A stretch of DNA of 64,000 nucleotides, taken from Escherichia coli (lineage in GTDB: Bacteria > Pseudomonadota > Gammaproteobacteria > Enterobacterales > Enterobacteriaceae). Positions 14,448 through 28,418 of the stretch are shown in pieces. Every line of letters starts with the position of its first letter. Within the stretch, counting starts at the first letter, position 1. Where the stretch lies: the NCBI RefSeq assembly GCF_041886205.1, contig NZ_CP169029.1. The stretch is one strand, 5' to 3'. The notes below the pieces were generated by a model. It was not told the origin of the DNA. It did not search any database and was given only the letters and a program-made list of their open reading frames with translations. The translations under genes and the position numbers were made by a program.

Positions 14448-14813
14448 GTGGAAAAATGTGACTTTTATCACATAATAGTACTAAGTCTGAATTTTCCGGG
14501 TTATCTCAAAATGGAATACGGTTCGACAAAGATGGAAGAGAGACTCTCTCGCAGCCCTGGCGGCAAACTGGCTTTGTGGGCTTTCTATACATGGTGTGGC
14601 TATTTCGTCTGGGCAATGGCGCGTTACATCTGGGTGATGAGCCGGATCCCCGATGCCCCCGTGTCGGGATTTGAAAGCGATTTAGGTTCTACCGCGGGAA
14701 AGTGGTTAGGGGCACTGGTCGGCTTTTTATTTATGGCTCTGGTCGGGGCATTGTTAGGTAGCATTGCCTGGTACACTCGGCCTCGTCCCGCACGTAGCAG
14801 ACGCTATGAATAA
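14448..14813 (+). CDS. yedR: Small inner-membrane protein YedR (121 aa from GTG; alternative starts TTG 14430 or ATG 14511)
   Basis: ...MEYGSTKMEERLSRSPGGKLALWAFYTWCGYFVWAMARYIWV... two hydrophobic segments; start codon uncertain. Confidence 0.8.
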   Translation: MEKCDFYHIIVLSLNFPGYLKMEYGSTKMEERLSRSPGGKLALWAFYTWCGYFVWAMARYIWVMSRIPDAPVSGFESDLGSTAGKWLGALVGFLFMALVGALLGSIAWYTRPRPARSRRYE

Positions 14814-14852
14814 AAACTGCTAAGGTTGCGACTCTTTGGCAACGGAGCGCGT

Positions 14853-15548
14853 ATGGACTTACAACACTGGCAGGCACAGTTCGAAAACTGGTTGAAAAAC
14901 CATCATCAGCACCAGGACGCGGCCCATGACGTGTGTCATTTTCGTCGCGTCTGGGCTACGGCACAGAAGCTGGCGGCAGATGATGACGTCGATATGCTGG
15001 TGATTTTAACCGCCTGTTATTTCCACGATATTGTGAGCCTGGCGAAAAATCATCCGCAACGGCAGCGTTCTTCAATCCTGGCGGCAGAAGAGACGCGTCG
15101 CCTGCTCCGTGAAGAGTTCGTGCAATTTCCGGCGGAGAAAATCGAGGCCGTTTGTCATGCCATTGCCGCTCACAGTTTCAGCGCGCAAATCGCCCCCTTA
15201 ACAACGGAAGCTAAAATCGTCCAGGATGCGGATCGGCTGGAAGCCCTGGGGGCGATTGGCCTGGCGCGCGTGTTTGCCGTTTCAGGGGCATTGGGCGTGG
15301 CGCTGTTTGATGGCGAAGATCCGTTCGCACAGTATCGCCCGCTTGATGATAAACGCTACGCGCTGGATCATTTCCAGACTAAGTTGCTGAAGCTACCGCA
15401 AACCATGCAAACCGCAAGAGGCAAGCAGCTGGCGCAGCACAACGCGCATTTTTTAGTCGAGTTTATGGCGAAGCTCAGTGCCGAACTGGCGGGGGAGAAT
15501 GAAGGTGTCGATCACAAGGTGATAGATGCGTTTTCACCCGCGGGCTGA
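14853..15548 (+). CDS. yedJ: HD-domain phosphohydrolase YedJ (231 aa)
   Basis: [34 protein letters not shown]... HD motif; ATG at 14853 verified. Confidence 0.9.
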   Translation: MDLQHWQAQFENWLKNHHQHQDAAHDVCHFRRVWATAQKLAADDDVDMLVILTACYFHDIVSLAKNHPQRQRSSILAAEETRRLLREEFVQFPAEKIEAVCHAIAAHSFSAQIAPLTTEAKIVQDADRLEALGAIGLARVFAVSGALGVALFDGEDPFAQYRPLDDKRYALDHFQTKLLKLPQTMQTARGKQLAQHNAHFLVEFMAKLSAELAGENEGVDHKVIDAFSPAG

Positions 15549-15614
15549 GCGCGTGGCCCTAAATGGCTGTAATTATGTTAACCTGTCGGCCATCTCAGAT
15601 GGCCGGTTAAATCT

Positions 15615-17033
15615 ATGCAGGAAAATATATCAGTAACCGATTCATACAGCACCGGGAATGCCGCACAGGCAATGCTGGAGAAACTGCTGCAAATTTATGA
15701 TGTTAAAACGTTGGTGGCGCAGCTTAATGGTGTAGGTGAGAATCACTGGAGCGCGGCAATTTTAAAACGTGCGCTGGCGAATGACTCGGCATGGCACCGT
15801 TTAAGTGAGAAAGAGTTCGCCCATCTGCAAACGTTATTACCCAAACCACCGGCACATCATCCGCATTATGCGTTTCGCTTTATCGATCTATTCGCCGGAA
15901 TTGGCGGCATCCGTCGCGGTTTTGAATCGATTGGCGGACAGTGCGTGTTTACCAGCGAATGGAACAAACATGCGGTACGCACTTATAAAGCCAACCATTA
16001 TTGCGATCCGGCGACGCATCATTTTAATGAAGATATCCGCGACATCACCCTCAGCCATAAAGAAGGCGTGAGTGATGAGGCGGCGGCGGAACATATTCGT
16101 CAACACATTCCTGAACACGATGTTTTACTGGCCGGTTTCCCTTGTCAGCCATTTTCGCTGGCTGGCGTATCGAAAAAGAACTCGCTCGGGCGGGCGCACG
16201 GTTTTGCCTGCGATACCCAGGGCACGCTGTTTTTTGATGTGGTGCGCATTATCGACTCGCGTCGTCCGGCGATGTTTGTGCTCGAAAACGTCAAAAACCT
16301 GAAAAGCCATGACCAGGGTAAAACGTTCCGCATCATCATGCAGACGCTGGACGAACTGGGCTATGACGTGGCTGATGCAGAAGATAACGGGCCGGACGAT
16401 CCGAAAATCATCGATGGCAAACATTTTCTGCCGCAGCACCGTGAACGCATCGTGCTGGTGGGTTTTCGTCGCGATCTTAATCTGAAAGCCGATTTTACTC
16501 TGCGTGATATCAGCGAATGTTTCCCTGCACAGCGAGTGACGCTGGCGCAGCTGCTGGACCCGATGGTCGAGGCGAAATATATCCTGACGCCGGTGCTGTG
16601 GAAGTACCTCTATCGATATGCGAAAAAACATCAGGCGCGCGGTAACGGCTTCGGTTATGGAATGGTTTATCCGAACAATCCGCAAAGCGTCACCCGTACG
16701 CTGTCTGCGCGTTATTACAAAGATGGCGCGGAAATTTTAATCGATCGCGGCTGGGATATGGCCACGGGTGAGAAAGACTTTGACGATCCGCTGAATCAGC
16801 AACATCGTCCACGTCGGTTAACGCCTCGGGAATGCGCGCGCTTAATGGGTTTTGAAGCGCCGGGAGAAGCGAAATTCCGCATTCCGGTTTCGGACACTCA
16901 GGCCTATCGCCAGTTCGGTAACTCGGTGGTCGTGCCGGTCTTTGCCGCGGTGGCAAAACTGCTTGAGCCAAAAATCAAACAGGCGGTGGCGTTGCGTCAG
17001 CAAGAGGCACAACATGGCCGACGTTCACGATAA
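15615..17033 (+). CDS. dcm: DNA-cytosine C5 methyltransferase Dcm (472 aa)
   Basis: [24 protein letters not shown] and ENV motifs typical of C5-MTases; full-length match. Confidence 0.97.
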   Translation: MQENISVTDSYSTGNAAQAMLEKLLQIYDVKTLVAQLNGVGENHWSAAILKRALANDSAWHRLSEKEFAHLQTLLPKPPAHHPHYAFRFIDLFAGIGGIRRGFESIGGQCVFTSEWNKHAVRTYKANHYCDPATHHFNEDIRDITLSHKEGVSDEAAAEHIRQHIPEHDVLLAGFPCQPFSLAGVSKKNSLGRAHGFACDTQGTLFFDVVRIIDSRRPAMFVLENVKNLKSHDQGKTFRIIMQTLDELGYDVADAEDNGPDDPKIIDGKHFLPQHRERIVLVGFRRDLNLKADFTLRDISECFPAQRVTLAQLLDPMVEAKYILTPVLWKYLYRYAKKHQARGNGFGYGMVYPNNPQSVTRTLSARYYKDGAEILIDRGWDMATGEKDFDDPLNQQHRPRRLTPRECARLMGFEAPGEAKFRIPVSDTQAYRQFGNSVVVPVFAAVAKLLEPKIKQAVALRQQEAQHGRRSR

Positions 17034-17484
17034 GGCCACTCGCAGCAAAAATATGCGCGCGATTGCCACGCGTGATACGGCGATAGAGAAGCGCCTCGCC
17101 AGTCTGTTAACCGGGCAGGGCCTGGCGTTTCGCGTTCAGGACGCCAGTCTGCCCGGACGCCCGGATTTTGTCGTTGATGAATATTGTTGCGTGATATTTA
17201 CCCACGGCTGCTTCTGGCATCATCATCACTGCTATCTGTTTAAAGTGCCTGCGACTCGAACCGAATTCTGGCTGGAGAAGATAGGTAAAAATGTTGAACG
17301 CGATCGCCGCGATATCAGTCGTTTGCAGGAACTCGGCTGGCGCGTATTGATTGTCTGGGAGTGTGCATTACGTGGGCGCGAGAAGCTGACGGATGAAGCG
17401 CTTACCGAGCGTCTGGAAGAGTGGATCTGCGGCGAAGGTGCCAGCGCGCAGATCGACACGCAGGGGATTCATTTACTCGCTTGA
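17014..17484 (+). CDS. vsr: Very-short-patch repair endonuclease Vsr (156 aa)
   Basis: [28 protein letters not shown]...; ATG at 17014 lies inside the 3' end of dcm in a different frame (20-nt overlap), the known dcm-vsr arrangement. Confidence 0.95.
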   Translation: MADVHDKATRSKNMRAIATRDTAIEKRLASLLTGQGLAFRVQDASLPGRPDFVVDEYCCVIFTHGCFWHHHHCYLFKVPATRTEFWLEKIGKNVERDRRDISRLQELGWRVLIVWECALRGREKLTDEALTERLEEWICGEGASAQIDTQGIHLLA

Positions 17485-18393
17485 TGCGTCCTGAATAACT
17501 GGCGCAACTACGGGTTTTGCCGGGAAGAGATATATTCCCAACGTGACCAGTACCACCGCGAAGACAATTACGCCGAGCGCCAGCCATTCAATCTTCGACA
17601 GCGTTTCGCCACCCAGTCCCGTACCCAGCAAGACCGCGACCACCGGGTTAACGTAGGCGTAGCTGGTGGCGAGAGCCGGACTGACGTTGCGGATTAAATA
17701 CATATAAGCGTTAATGGCGATAATCGAACCAAACAGCGCCAGATAGCCGACCGCAAGGAAGCCTGAAAGGGAAGGGAGCGCCGTCAGTTTTTCACCCGCA
17801 ATCATCGACGCAATCATTAACACCACGCCTGCCGCCAGCATCTCAATCGCACCCGCCATCATCCCTACAGGTAATGTAATGCGCGAGCCATAAACCGAGC
17901 CAAACGCCCAGCTAATCGAGCCGATTAAAATCAGAATCGCGCCCCATGGATTGCCGCTTAAGTTTCCACCGCTATTGAGCATGATGATTCCGGCAAGCCC
18001 AATGGCGATACCCACCCATTCCAGTTTGCGAGTTTTAATGCCAAACAGGCGGCTGAAGCACAGGGTAAAAAGGGGCACGGTTGCAACCACTACGGCGGCG
18101 ATGCCGGAAGGAACATTTTGATGTTCGGCAACCGTCACCATGCCATTACCGACAGCCAGCAATAACAGGCCAATCAGCGCGGCATTGAGCAGCGGACGTA
18201 GCGGGGGGAGTTTGTGTCCGCGCAGTAGCAAAAATGCCAGCAATAAAATACCGGCTGCCAGGAATCGAACGCCCGCCATCATTAACGGAGGCCAGCTTTC
18301 CACGCCAATCCGAATGACAAAATAGGTTGAGCCCCAAATGATATACAACGCAAACAGCGCGCCAAAAAGCGGTAACAACTGGCGGAAACGCAT
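17473..18393 (-). CDS. yedA: EamA/DMT-family transporter YedA (306 aa)
   Basis: MRFRQLLPLFGALFALYIIWGSTYFVIRIG... ten hydrophobic segments. Confidence 0.9.
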   Translation of the reverse strand: MRFRQLLPLFGALFALYIIWGSTYFVIRIGVESWPPLMMAGVRFLAAGILLLAFLLLRGHKLPPLRPLLNAALIGLLLLAVGNGMVTVAEHQNVPSGIAAVVVATVPLFTLCFSRLFGIKTRKLEWVGIAIGLAGIIMLNSGGNLSGNPWGAILILIGSISWAFGSVYGSRITLPVGMMAGAIEMLAAGVVLMIASMIAGEKLTALPSLSGFLAVGYLALFGSIIAINAYMYLIRNVSPALATSYAYVNPVVAVLLGTGLGGETLSKIEWLALGVIVFAVVLVTLGIYLFPAKPVVAPVIQDASSE

Positions 18394-18565
18394 AATCCCT
18401 CACGGCTGAAATAAAAAGGTGGTTCATAGTAAACGTGAAAATCATTCTGCTGGCGAGAGATATAATTGCACTTGATTGTTAAATAAATGTTGACCTGTGA
18501 AGCAAGTATCAGAGCTGCCGTTTTTGCTTCATACTTACACCCTTCAACAATAAAAATGAGAGGGA

Positions 18566-19483
18566 ATGCTTTTGGCCGGGAGTAGTTTACTGACGTTGCT
18601 CGATGATATCGCCACACTGCTGGACGATATCTCCGTGATGGGCAAACTGGCGGCGAAGAAAACCGCCGGTGTATTAGGGGATGACTTATCGCTCAATGCG
18701 CAACAAGTTTCAGGCGTGCGGGCCAACCGGGAACTTCCCGTGGTCTGGGGCGTGGCGAAAGGTTCGCTGATCAATAAAGTGATTCTGGTGCCGCTGGCGC
18801 TGATCATCAGTGCGTTTATCCCGTGGGCGATTACGCCACTGTTGATGATTGGCGGCGCGTTTCTCTGCTTTGAAGGGGTAGAGAAAGTGCTGCATATGCT
18901 GGAGGCGCGTAAACATAAAGAAGATCCGGCGCAGAGTCAGCAGCGTCTGGAGAAGCTGGCGGCGCAGGATCCGCTGAAGTTTGAAAAGGACAAAATAAAA
19001 GGGGCGATTCGTACCGATTTTATATTGTCTGCGGAAATCGTCGCCATCACGCTGGGGATTGTGGCAGAAGCGCCGTTGCTTAATCAGGTGCTGGTGCTTT
19101 CAGGCATCGCGCTGGTAGTGACCGTGGGCGTCTACGGTCTGGTAGGGGTTATCGTTAAGATTGATGACCTGGGGTATTGGCTGGCGGAAAAATCCAGCGC
19201 GCTGATGCAGGCATTAGGTAAAGGGTTATTGATCATTGCGCCCTGGTTGATGAAAGCGTTATCGATTGTCGGCACGCTGGCGATGTTCCTCGTCGGCGGC
19301 GGGATTGTGGTACATGGTATTGCGCCGTTGCATCACGCCATTGAACATTTCGCCGGGCAGCAAAGTGCAGTGGTGGCGATGATATTACCGACTGTTTTAA
19401 ATCTGATTCTTGGATTTATCATCGGCGGCATCGTGGTGCTGGGAGTGAAAGCCGTAGCGAAAATGCGCGGTCAGGCACATTAA
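18566..19483 (+). CDS. yedI: DUF808 inner-membrane protein YedI (305 aa)
   Basis: Full-length match to YedI; divergent from yedA. Confidence 0.88.
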   Translation: MLLAGSSLLTLLDDIATLLDDISVMGKLAAKKTAGVLGDDLSLNAQQVSGVRANRELPVVWGVAKGSLINKVILVPLALIISAFIPWAITPLLMIGGAFLCFEGVEKVLHMLEARKHKEDPAQSQQRLEKLAAQDPLKFEKDKIKGAIRTDFILSAEIVAITLGIVAEAPLLNQVLVLSGIALVVTVGVYGLVGVIVKIDDLGYWLAEKSSALMQALGKGLLIIAPWLMKALSIVGTLAMFLVGGGIVVHGIAPLHHAIEHFAGQQSAVVAMILPTVLNLILGFIIGGIVVLGVKAVAKMRGQAH

Positions 19484-19561
19484 TACTCGCACAGGCTATT
19501 ATGCAAAATTCGCCATCTTCAACTAAGGTGAACAAGTTTCACTCGAAAAAAGGAGGCGAGT

Positions 19562-19744
19562 ATGAGCTTTATGGTTAGTGAGGAAGTTACGGTTAAAGAG
19601 GGCGGCCCGCGGATGATTGTCACTGGATACTCCAGCGGTATGGTTGAGTGTCGTTGGTATGACGGGTACGGGGTCAAGCGGGAAGCTTTTCATGAAACCG
19701 AGCTTGTTCCGGGGGAGGGGCGTCGTTCTGCGGAAGAAGTTTGA
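19562..19744 (+). CDS. yodC: Small protein YodC (60 aa)
   Basis: MSFMVSEEVTVKEGGPRMIVTGYSSGMVECRWYDGYGVKREAFHETELVPGEGRRSAEEV. Confidence 0.85.
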   Translation: MSFMVSEEVTVKEGGPRMIVTGYSSGMVECRWYDGYGVKREAFHETELVPGEGRRSAEEV

Positions 19745-19914
19745 AAGGGTATCATTAACACCAGGCCGGATCACATCCGGCCTGGTGTGCCAATGCCTGC
19801 AATGAATGATAGTCGCGTCTTATCATGCCACCATTATAAAATTATCGCTGTTTTGCGGTACGTTATCGCCGGGTTATGCCAGAATCATAAAAAAGCAGGT
19901 TGGGAGTCGTCAGG

Positions 19915-22439
<2,525 letters not shown>

Positions 22440-22618
22440 TTACCAGGATGATTCTCAAAACAGCACAAATAATCAAAGATGATTTTTTCGGGAGCGATCC
22501 CGTTGACGCCAGAGCCACCAAGGGGTGACGCACGTCACATTTCTATTCATAAGTAGCGTTAATCATTCATATCGCGAATATTTTCTTGTCAGCGAAAAAA
22601 ATTGCGGATAAGGTGATG

Positions 22619-22705
22619 AACACATCAGATTTCCTGGTGTAACGAATTTTTTAAGTGCTTCTTGCTTAAGCAAGTTTCATCCCGACCCCCTCAGGGTCGG
22701 GATTT
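22619..22705 (+). ncRNA. dsrA: DsrA small regulatory RNA
   Basis: AACACATCAGATTTCCTGGTGTAACGAATTTTTTAAGTGCTTCTTGCTTAAGCAAGTTTCATCCCGACCCCCTCAGGGTCGGGATTT, matches DsrA including terminator stem-loop and T-run. Confidence 0.93.
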
Positions 22706-22718
22706 TTTTATTGTGCAT

Positions 22719-22946
22719 TCAACGATTCACTTCAGAGACGCTGAAGTCATGAATATCCAGTTCGAAGGCATCCGCCAATTCACGCCATGTATGATATTCA
22801 CGTCCATCGACGCTAACGTGTTCAGAATCGTTCTGGCTGCGATGAACTTCGCTTTCGCTAATTTCATTGATCGCCGCCAGCAGGGCATCGACATCGACGC
22901 TGACCTCACGTTTTGCGGTATCGCTGTACTCTTTTGCGGTTTTCAT
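22719..22946 (-). CDS. yodD: Stress-induced small protein YodD (75 aa)
   Basis: MKTAKEYSDTAKREVSVDVDALLAAINEISESEVHRSQNDSEHVSVDGREYHTWRELADAFELDIHDFSVSEVNR. Confidence 0.85.
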   Translation of the reverse strand: MKTAKEYSDTAKREVSVDVDALLAAINEISESEVHRSQNDSEHVSVDGREYHTWRELADAFELDIHDFSVSEVNR

Positions 22947-23018
22947 CATCTTTCCTCGCAACCGTTACTCTGTTGTTGCCGCCAGTCGTTAAGTCCGCCT
23001 GGCATCTCTTAAGTATAG

Positions 23019-23297
<279 letters not shown>

Positions 23298-23340
23298 TCT
23301 TATTCAGCCTGACTGGTGGGAAACCACCAGTCAGAATGTG

Positions 23341-23964
23341 TTAGCGCATGTTGACAAAAATACCATTAGTCACATTATCCGTCAGTCGGACGACATGGTA
23401 GATAACCTGTTTATTATGCGTTTTGATCTTACGTTTAATATTACCTTTATGCGATGAAACGGTCTTGGCTTTGATATTCATTTGGTCAGAGATTTGAATG
23501 GTTCCCTGACCTGCCATCCACATTCGCAACATACTCGATTCGGTTCGGCTCAATGATAACGTCGGCATATTTAAAAACGAGGTTATCGTTGTCTCTTTTT
23601 TCAGAATATCGCCAAGGATATCGTCGAGAGATTCCGGTTTAATCGATTTAGAACTGATCAATAAATTTTTTCTGACCAATAGATATTCATCAAAATGAAC
23701 ATTGGCAATTGCCATAAAAACGATAAATAACGTATTGGGATGTTGATTAATGATGTGCTTGATGTGCTGACTGTTAGAAGCATCATGGATGAAACAGTCC
23801 TCATTAATAAACACCACTGAAGGGCGCTGTGAATCACAAGCTATGGCAAGGTCATCAACGGTTTCAATGTCGTTGATTTCTCTTTTTTTAACCCCTCTAC
23901 TCAACAGATACCCGGTTAAACCTAGTCGGGTGTAACTACATAAATCCATAATAATCGTTGACAT
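23341..23964 (-). CDS. rcsA: Capsule-synthesis co-regulator RcsA (LuxR-type HTH, 207 aa)
   Basis: [32 protein letters not shown]... full-length match; AT-rich upstream region 23965-24253. Confidence 0.95.
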
Positions 23965-24253
23965 GGCATACCCTCACTCAATGCGTAACGATAATTCCCC
24001 TTACCTGAATATTTCATCATGACTAAACGGAACAACATGGGTCACCTAATGCGCCACTCTCGCGATTTTTCAGGCGGACTTACTATCCCGTAAAGTGTTG
24101 TATAATTTGCCTGGAATTGTCTTAAAGTAAAGTAAATGTTGCGATATGTGAGTGAGCTTAAAACAAATATTTCGCCGCAGGAGTATCCTGGAAGATGTTC
24201 GTAGGTATTATTTTTCGGATAATCCTTAGGATAACATGATAAACGTTACGGAA

Positions 24254-25039
24254 TTATATTAATGGCAATTCACTAATAATATCAGCCAGCAAATTAAAAA
24301 TTTCACTGAATAAATGTTCGCAAAAAGGCGCAATTAACGGCATTAATGCCGCCATTAAAGAGATACCGACAGTCAGAGTTAATGGAAATCCAATAACAAA
24401 AATGGATAATTGCGGGGCCATACGATTCAGTAAACCTAATGCCAGATTCAGGGTCAGCAGCAGAGTAATGAGCGGTAACGCCAGCATCAGCCCGTTAAGG
24501 AAAATCAAACTCCCTGCTTTGGTGAGTGCCAGAAACGCATTGCTGTTCAACGGTTCGCCACCAATTGGCAGGGTGTGAAAGGTATCGACCAGCAGTGAAA
24601 TTAACCATAAATGACCGTTAAATGTCAGGAACAGCAATAACGCCAGCATATCCATGATACGCGCTAAAACGGGCATATTGAGATGGCTGGCCGGATCGAC
24701 AAACGTCGCAAATGACAGCCCCATTTGCAGGCCGATAATTTCGCCAGCGGTTCGCACAGCGGCAAAGGCAAATTGCATGGTAAAACCAAGCGCAATGCCG
24801 ATCAGGATCTGCTGCACGGCCAGCCACAGAGCAAAGAACGAAAAAACAGGAACATCGTTGGCAGGTAATGATGGGGCAATTGCGAACGTGATCATCATTG
24901 CCAGACCCAGTTTTACCCGTTTCGGCACGCTGCGTTCGCTCAGAATTGGCGCGGTAGAAATGAGCGCCAGCACGCGCAGTAACGGCCAGAAGTAGAGGCT
25001 TAACCAGGATAGCCATTGTTCGCTTGTCACCTGCAACAT
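24254..25039 (-). CDS. fliR: Flagellar export apparatus protein FliR (261 aa)
   Basis: [33 protein letters not shown]...; ORF-track N-terminal extension overlaps fliQ and is not used. Confidence 0.93.
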   Translation of the reverse strand: MLQVTSEQWLSWLSLYFWPLLRVLALISTAPILSERSVPKRVKLGLAMMITFAIAPSLPANDVPVFSFFALWLAVQQILIGIALGFTMQFAFAAVRTAGEIIGLQMGLSFATFVDPASHLNMPVLARIMDMLALLLFLTFNGHLWLISLLVDTFHTLPIGGEPLNSNAFLALTKAGSLIFLNGLMLALPLITLLLTLNLALGLLNRMAPQLSIFVIGFPLTLTVGISLMAALMPLIAPFCEHLFSEIFNLLADIISELPLI

Positions 25040-25046
25040 AGTACGG

Positions 25047-25316
25047 CTACCCGATGATATACGGCAGGTTAGCGAACAAGGTGCGGACGTAATCCAGCAA
25101 CAGATTGAGCATCCACGGTCCGGCAATAATAATGGCAATAAATACGGCGATGATTTTTGGAATAAACGACAGCGTCATTTCGTTGATCTGGGTGGCGGCT
25201 TGCAAAATACTGATGATAAGGCCCGTGACCAGCGCCACCAGCAACAGCGGGGCAGCCAGTGCCAGCGCGACTTTCATCGCTTCAGTCCCCATCATCATGA
25301 CCGATTCAGGTGTCAT
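25047..25316 (-). CDS. fliQ: Flagellar export apparatus protein FliQ (89 aa)
   Basis: [43 protein letters not shown]... Confidence 0.95.
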   Translation of the reverse strand: MTPESVMMMGTEAMKVALALAAPLLLVALVTGLIISILQAATQINEMTLSFIPKIIAVFIAIIIAGPWMLNLLLDYVRTLFANLPYIIG

Positions 25317-25325
25317 TTTGCCTCA

Positions 25326-26063
25326 CTAGCTGTAAAAGCTCTGCGCCAGCGAACCGACCAGCAATTGCCAGCCATCCACCAGTACAAACAGCATCAGTTT
25401 AAAGGGCAGAGCAATTGTGGCTGGGGGAACCATCATCATCCCCAATGCCATCAACACGCTGGCAATCACCAGGTCGATAATCAAAAAAGGAATGAAAATC
25501 GTGAAGCCTATCTGAAATGCGGTTTTCAACTCGCTGGTCACGTAGGCCGGGAGCAAAATGCGCATCGGCACAGCTTCAGGTCCCTGCAACGGGCCAGTAT
25601 TCGCCAGTCTGGCAAACAACCCTAAATCCGCCTCACGGGTCTGACGCAGCATAAACTCACGCAGCGGCTGCGCCCCTTTTTCCAGCGCCTCCTGCATTGA
25701 TATTTTCTCTTCGCTGAATGGCTGGTACGCATCGACATAAATTTTATCGATCACCGGCGACATAATAAAAAAGGTCAAAAACAGCGCCAGTCCCAGCAAT
25801 ACCTGGTTAGGTGGCGCGGAGGGTGTTCCCAACGCGTTACGCAATAAACCAAAAACAATGATGATGCGGGTGAAACTGGTCATCATCAGTAAAATTGCCG
25901 GAATAAACGTCAACGAGGTGATGAACACCAGCGTTTGCACCGGGAGCGACCAGCTTTGTCCACCGCCAGGCAGCGGCTGGCTGGTGATACCCGGCAGTTG
26001 CGCGAAGGCGAGGGGCGTAACCAGCCAGAGAAGGACAGGTGCGACAGACAACAAACGACGCAT
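25326..26063 (-). CDS. fliP: Flagellar export apparatus protein FliP (245 aa)
   Basis: [38 protein letters not shown]... full-length match. Confidence 0.95.
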   Translation of the reverse strand: MRRLLSVAPVLLWLVTPLAFAQLPGITSQPLPGGGQSWSLPVQTLVFITSLTFIPAILLMMTSFTRIIIVFGLLRNALGTPSAPPNQVLLGLALFLTFFIMSPVIDKIYVDAYQPFSEEKISMQEALEKGAQPLREFMLRQTREADLGLFARLANTGPLQGPEAVPMRILLPAYVTSELKTAFQIGFTIFIPFLIIDLVIASVLMALGMMMVPPATIALPFKLMLFVLVDGWQLLVGSLAQSFYS

Positions 26064-26428
26064 CAGGATCTCCCGCTACGCTTAAGCAAGTTTTTCATAA
26101 CCGACTGAAAATCGGTCTGCGGTATCTCTTCCGTTGGTGCTGAAGGGGGAAGTTTATGCAGCAGATTGATTTGCCCTGCGGTAACGCCGAGCACCAGCCG
26201 TGCATCTTCCACATCGACCACCACAACCCGTTCACGCGCGCCCAGTGAAGCACTGGCGCTAATTTTCAGACCGTTAACGCCAGTGCGTTTAGGGGCAAAT
26301 CCCAGCCGTTTTACCAGCCAGGCAGCAGCGAGGATCAGGGCAATAATGGCGATGAGTGCGCCGCTCACCTGCAGCAGTGGCGCAGCAGATACCGGCGCGG
26401 AAGATTGCACAGTAGCGTGGTTATTCAT
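26063..26428 (-). CDS. fliO: Flagellar protein FliO (121 aa)
   Basis: [43 protein letters not shown]... Confidence 0.9.
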   Translation of the reverse strand: MNNHATVQSSAPVSAAPLLQVSGALIAIIALILAAAWLVKRLGFAPKRTGVNGLKISASASLGARERVVVVDVEDARLVLGVTAGQINLLHKLPPSAPTEEIPQTDFQSVMKNLLKRSGRS

Positions 26429-26430
26429 CA

Positions 26431-26844
26431 CTAACGGCTCAGGCGACGCATCCGCTCAGACGGAGTAATGATATCGGTGATCCGCACGCCATATTTATCA
26501 GCGACTACGACAACTTCGCCCTGAGCAATTAAATAACCGTTGATCAGAATATCCAGCGGTTCGCCCGCCAGACCGTCCAGCGCCACGACGGACCCTTGCG
26601 TCAGACGCAATAACTCTTTGATGGTCATTCGTGTGCGGCCCAGCTCGACGGTCAGCTTGACCGGAATATCCATAATCAGGTCGATATCCTGCAACGTTCC
26701 GCTGACATCACCACCGCCAAATTGCTGGAACACCGCGTCGGCAGCGCTTTTGCTGCTGCTTGATTTTTGTTCGCTCAACGCTTCAGCCCACAGATCGTCC
26801 ATTGCGCCGTTGTTGTCATCGGCCGGATTATTCATGTCACTCAT
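26431..26844 (-). CDS. fliN: Flagellar motor switch protein FliN (137 aa)
   Basis: MSDMNNPADDNNGAMDDLWAEALSEQK... SpoA-type C-terminus. Confidence 0.95.
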   Translation of the reverse strand: MSDMNNPADDNNGAMDDLWAEALSEQKSSSSKSAADAVFQQFGGGDVSGTLQDIDLIMDIPVKLTVELGRTRMTIKELLRLTQGSVVALDGLAGEPLDILINGYLIAQGEVVVVADKYGVRITDIITPSERMRRLSR

Positions 26845-27845
26845 TTGGGCTGTTCCTCGTTCAGAGAATTTAAAATCGGGTTAATCAAATGTTCTATCCG
26901 TAACGCATACTGACCGTTGAGAGTGCCGTACTGACTGGTCAGCACCGGGACGCCGTCAACATGGGCGATGATGCGGTCGGGTTTTTCTATCGGCAGGACG
27001 TCACCGGGTTTCAGTTTTAAAATCTGCGACAGGCGTAGCGAGATATCGGCAAAGTTGGCGACCAGCTCCAGCTGTGAATGCTGCACCTGGCGCACCAGGT
27101 TATCGCGCCAGTTCTGATCTTCATTACGCGAGTTTTCCAGCGGCGGGTTAACCAACAATTCCCGTAGCGGCTCGATCATGCTGAATGGCAGGCAGATATT
27201 AAATTCGCCGGTCAGGTTGCCAATCTCCACATGGAACGGCGTGTTAACCACAATGTCGTTCGGCGAGGTGGTGATATTGGTAAATTTCACCTGCATTTCC
27301 GAACGCACGTACTCAACTTCCAGCGGATTAATCGCCTTCCATGCGTCGCTATAGCCTTCTAACGCCAGTTTCAACATGCGGTTGATGACGCGCTGTTCGG
27401 TATGGGTAAACTCGCGACCTTCCACTTTGGTCGGGAAGCGTCCATCGCCGCCAAACAGGTTATCCACGGCGATAAACACCAGACTCGGCGAGAACACCAC
27501 CAGCCCTGTGCCGCGCAGCGGTTTCAGATGGATAAGGTTCAGGTTGGTCGGCACCGGCAGGTTGCGGGCAAATTCATGGTACGGCTGAATGCGGATGGCC
27601 CCGACGGTAATATCCGGGCTACGGCGCAGCAGGTTGAACAGCCCCATACGAAAATGGCGAGCAAAGCGCTCATTAATGATTTCCAGCGCCTGCAAACGTT
27701 CGCGCACAACCCGTCGTTGGGTATTCGGATCGTACGGACGAATGTCACTTTCGCCGCTAACACTGGCTGTCGGTTCGTCTTTGACTTCGCTGTCACCATT
27801 CAACAGCGCATCAATTTCAGCTTGAGAAAGAATACTATCGCCCAT
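26841..27845 (-). CDS. fliM: Flagellar motor switch protein FliM (334 aa)
   Basis: MGDSILSQAEIDALLNGDSE... ATG at 27843-27845; ORF-track upstream extension overlaps fliL. Confidence 0.95.
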   Translation of the reverse strand: MGDSILSQAEIDALLNGDSEVKDEPTASVSGESDIRPYDPNTQRRVVRERLQALEIINERFARHFRMGLFNLLRRSPDITVGAIRIQPYHEFARNLPVPTNLNLIHLKPLRGTGLVVFSPSLVFIAVDNLFGGDGRFPTKVEGREFTHTEQRVINRMLKLALEGYSDAWKAINPLEVEYVRSEMQVKFTNITTSPNDIVVNTPFHVEIGNLTGEFNICLPFSMIEPLRELLVNPPLENSRNEDQNWRDNLVRQVQHSQLELVANFADISLRLSQILKLKPGDVLPIEKPDRIIAHVDGVPVLTSQYGTLNGQYALRIEHLINPILNSLNEEQPK

Positions 27846-27849
27846 GTCG

Positions 27850-28314
27850 TTATCGCAGAATAAAAGCGGTATACAGCACGTCGGTGACATCCTGTTTCGG
27901 TTGCCCGGCAACAAGCGGGGTGGAAAGCGTGGTTTTAATCTCGGCAATCAGGTTTTTCTTGCCTTCTTCTGTCGCCAGTACGGCAGCATCCTGACGCGAA
28001 AACAGTAACAGCAAACGGCTACGGACTTCCGGCAAATACTCACTCAGCCGCGAGCGGGTAGCTTCATCTTTCAGGCGCAGGGTTATGCCGATATACAGCA
28101 CGCGATCCGCATCGCCCAAATTGACCGTGAAGGTATCCAGCGCATAGAAGACCGGTGAGGGCACGACGCGTTGCTGCGCTTTGTCTTCAGCGGCAACCTG
28201 ATGCGAATGCCAGTAGCTGTAACCTGCGCTGGCACAGGCCGCGAGGGTAATGAATACCAGAATCGGGATCCAAAGCGATCGCTTGCTTTTCTTGCTTATC
28301 GCGTAATCAGTCAT
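27850..28314 (-). CDS. fliL: Flagellar basal-body-associated protein FliL (154 aa)
   Basis: [35 protein letters not shown]... Confidence 0.95.
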   Translation of the reverse strand: MTDYAISKKSKRSLWIPILVFITLAACASAGYSYWHSHQVAAEDKAQQRVVPSPVFYALDTFTVNLGDADRVLYIGITLRLKDEATRSRLSEYLPEVRSRLLLLFSRQDAAVLATEEGKKNLIAEIKTTLSTPLVAGQPKQDVTDVLYTAFILR

Positions 28315-28418
28315 GTGTTGCGGTCTTCCTGTGTCGCTACTGCTTATCGGCTAATTATCCTGCGTCTTGAGCGCAACAAAGCGGGGAAAAGACGCGGATT
28401 ACGGTGCTACCTCTGACG

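Noticed and set aside
16125-16685. 186-aa minus-strand ORF inside dcm
   Set aside because: Antisense to a well-supported full-length methyltransferase gene; no start-site context.
25040-25138. Upstream extensions of fliR (and similarly fliM at 27846-27947, fliE at 34888-34917, tcyJ, dcyD, araF, araG)
   Set aside because: The extended frames overlap the preceding gene or lack an SD. Internal starts reproduce the known protein lengths and N-termini.
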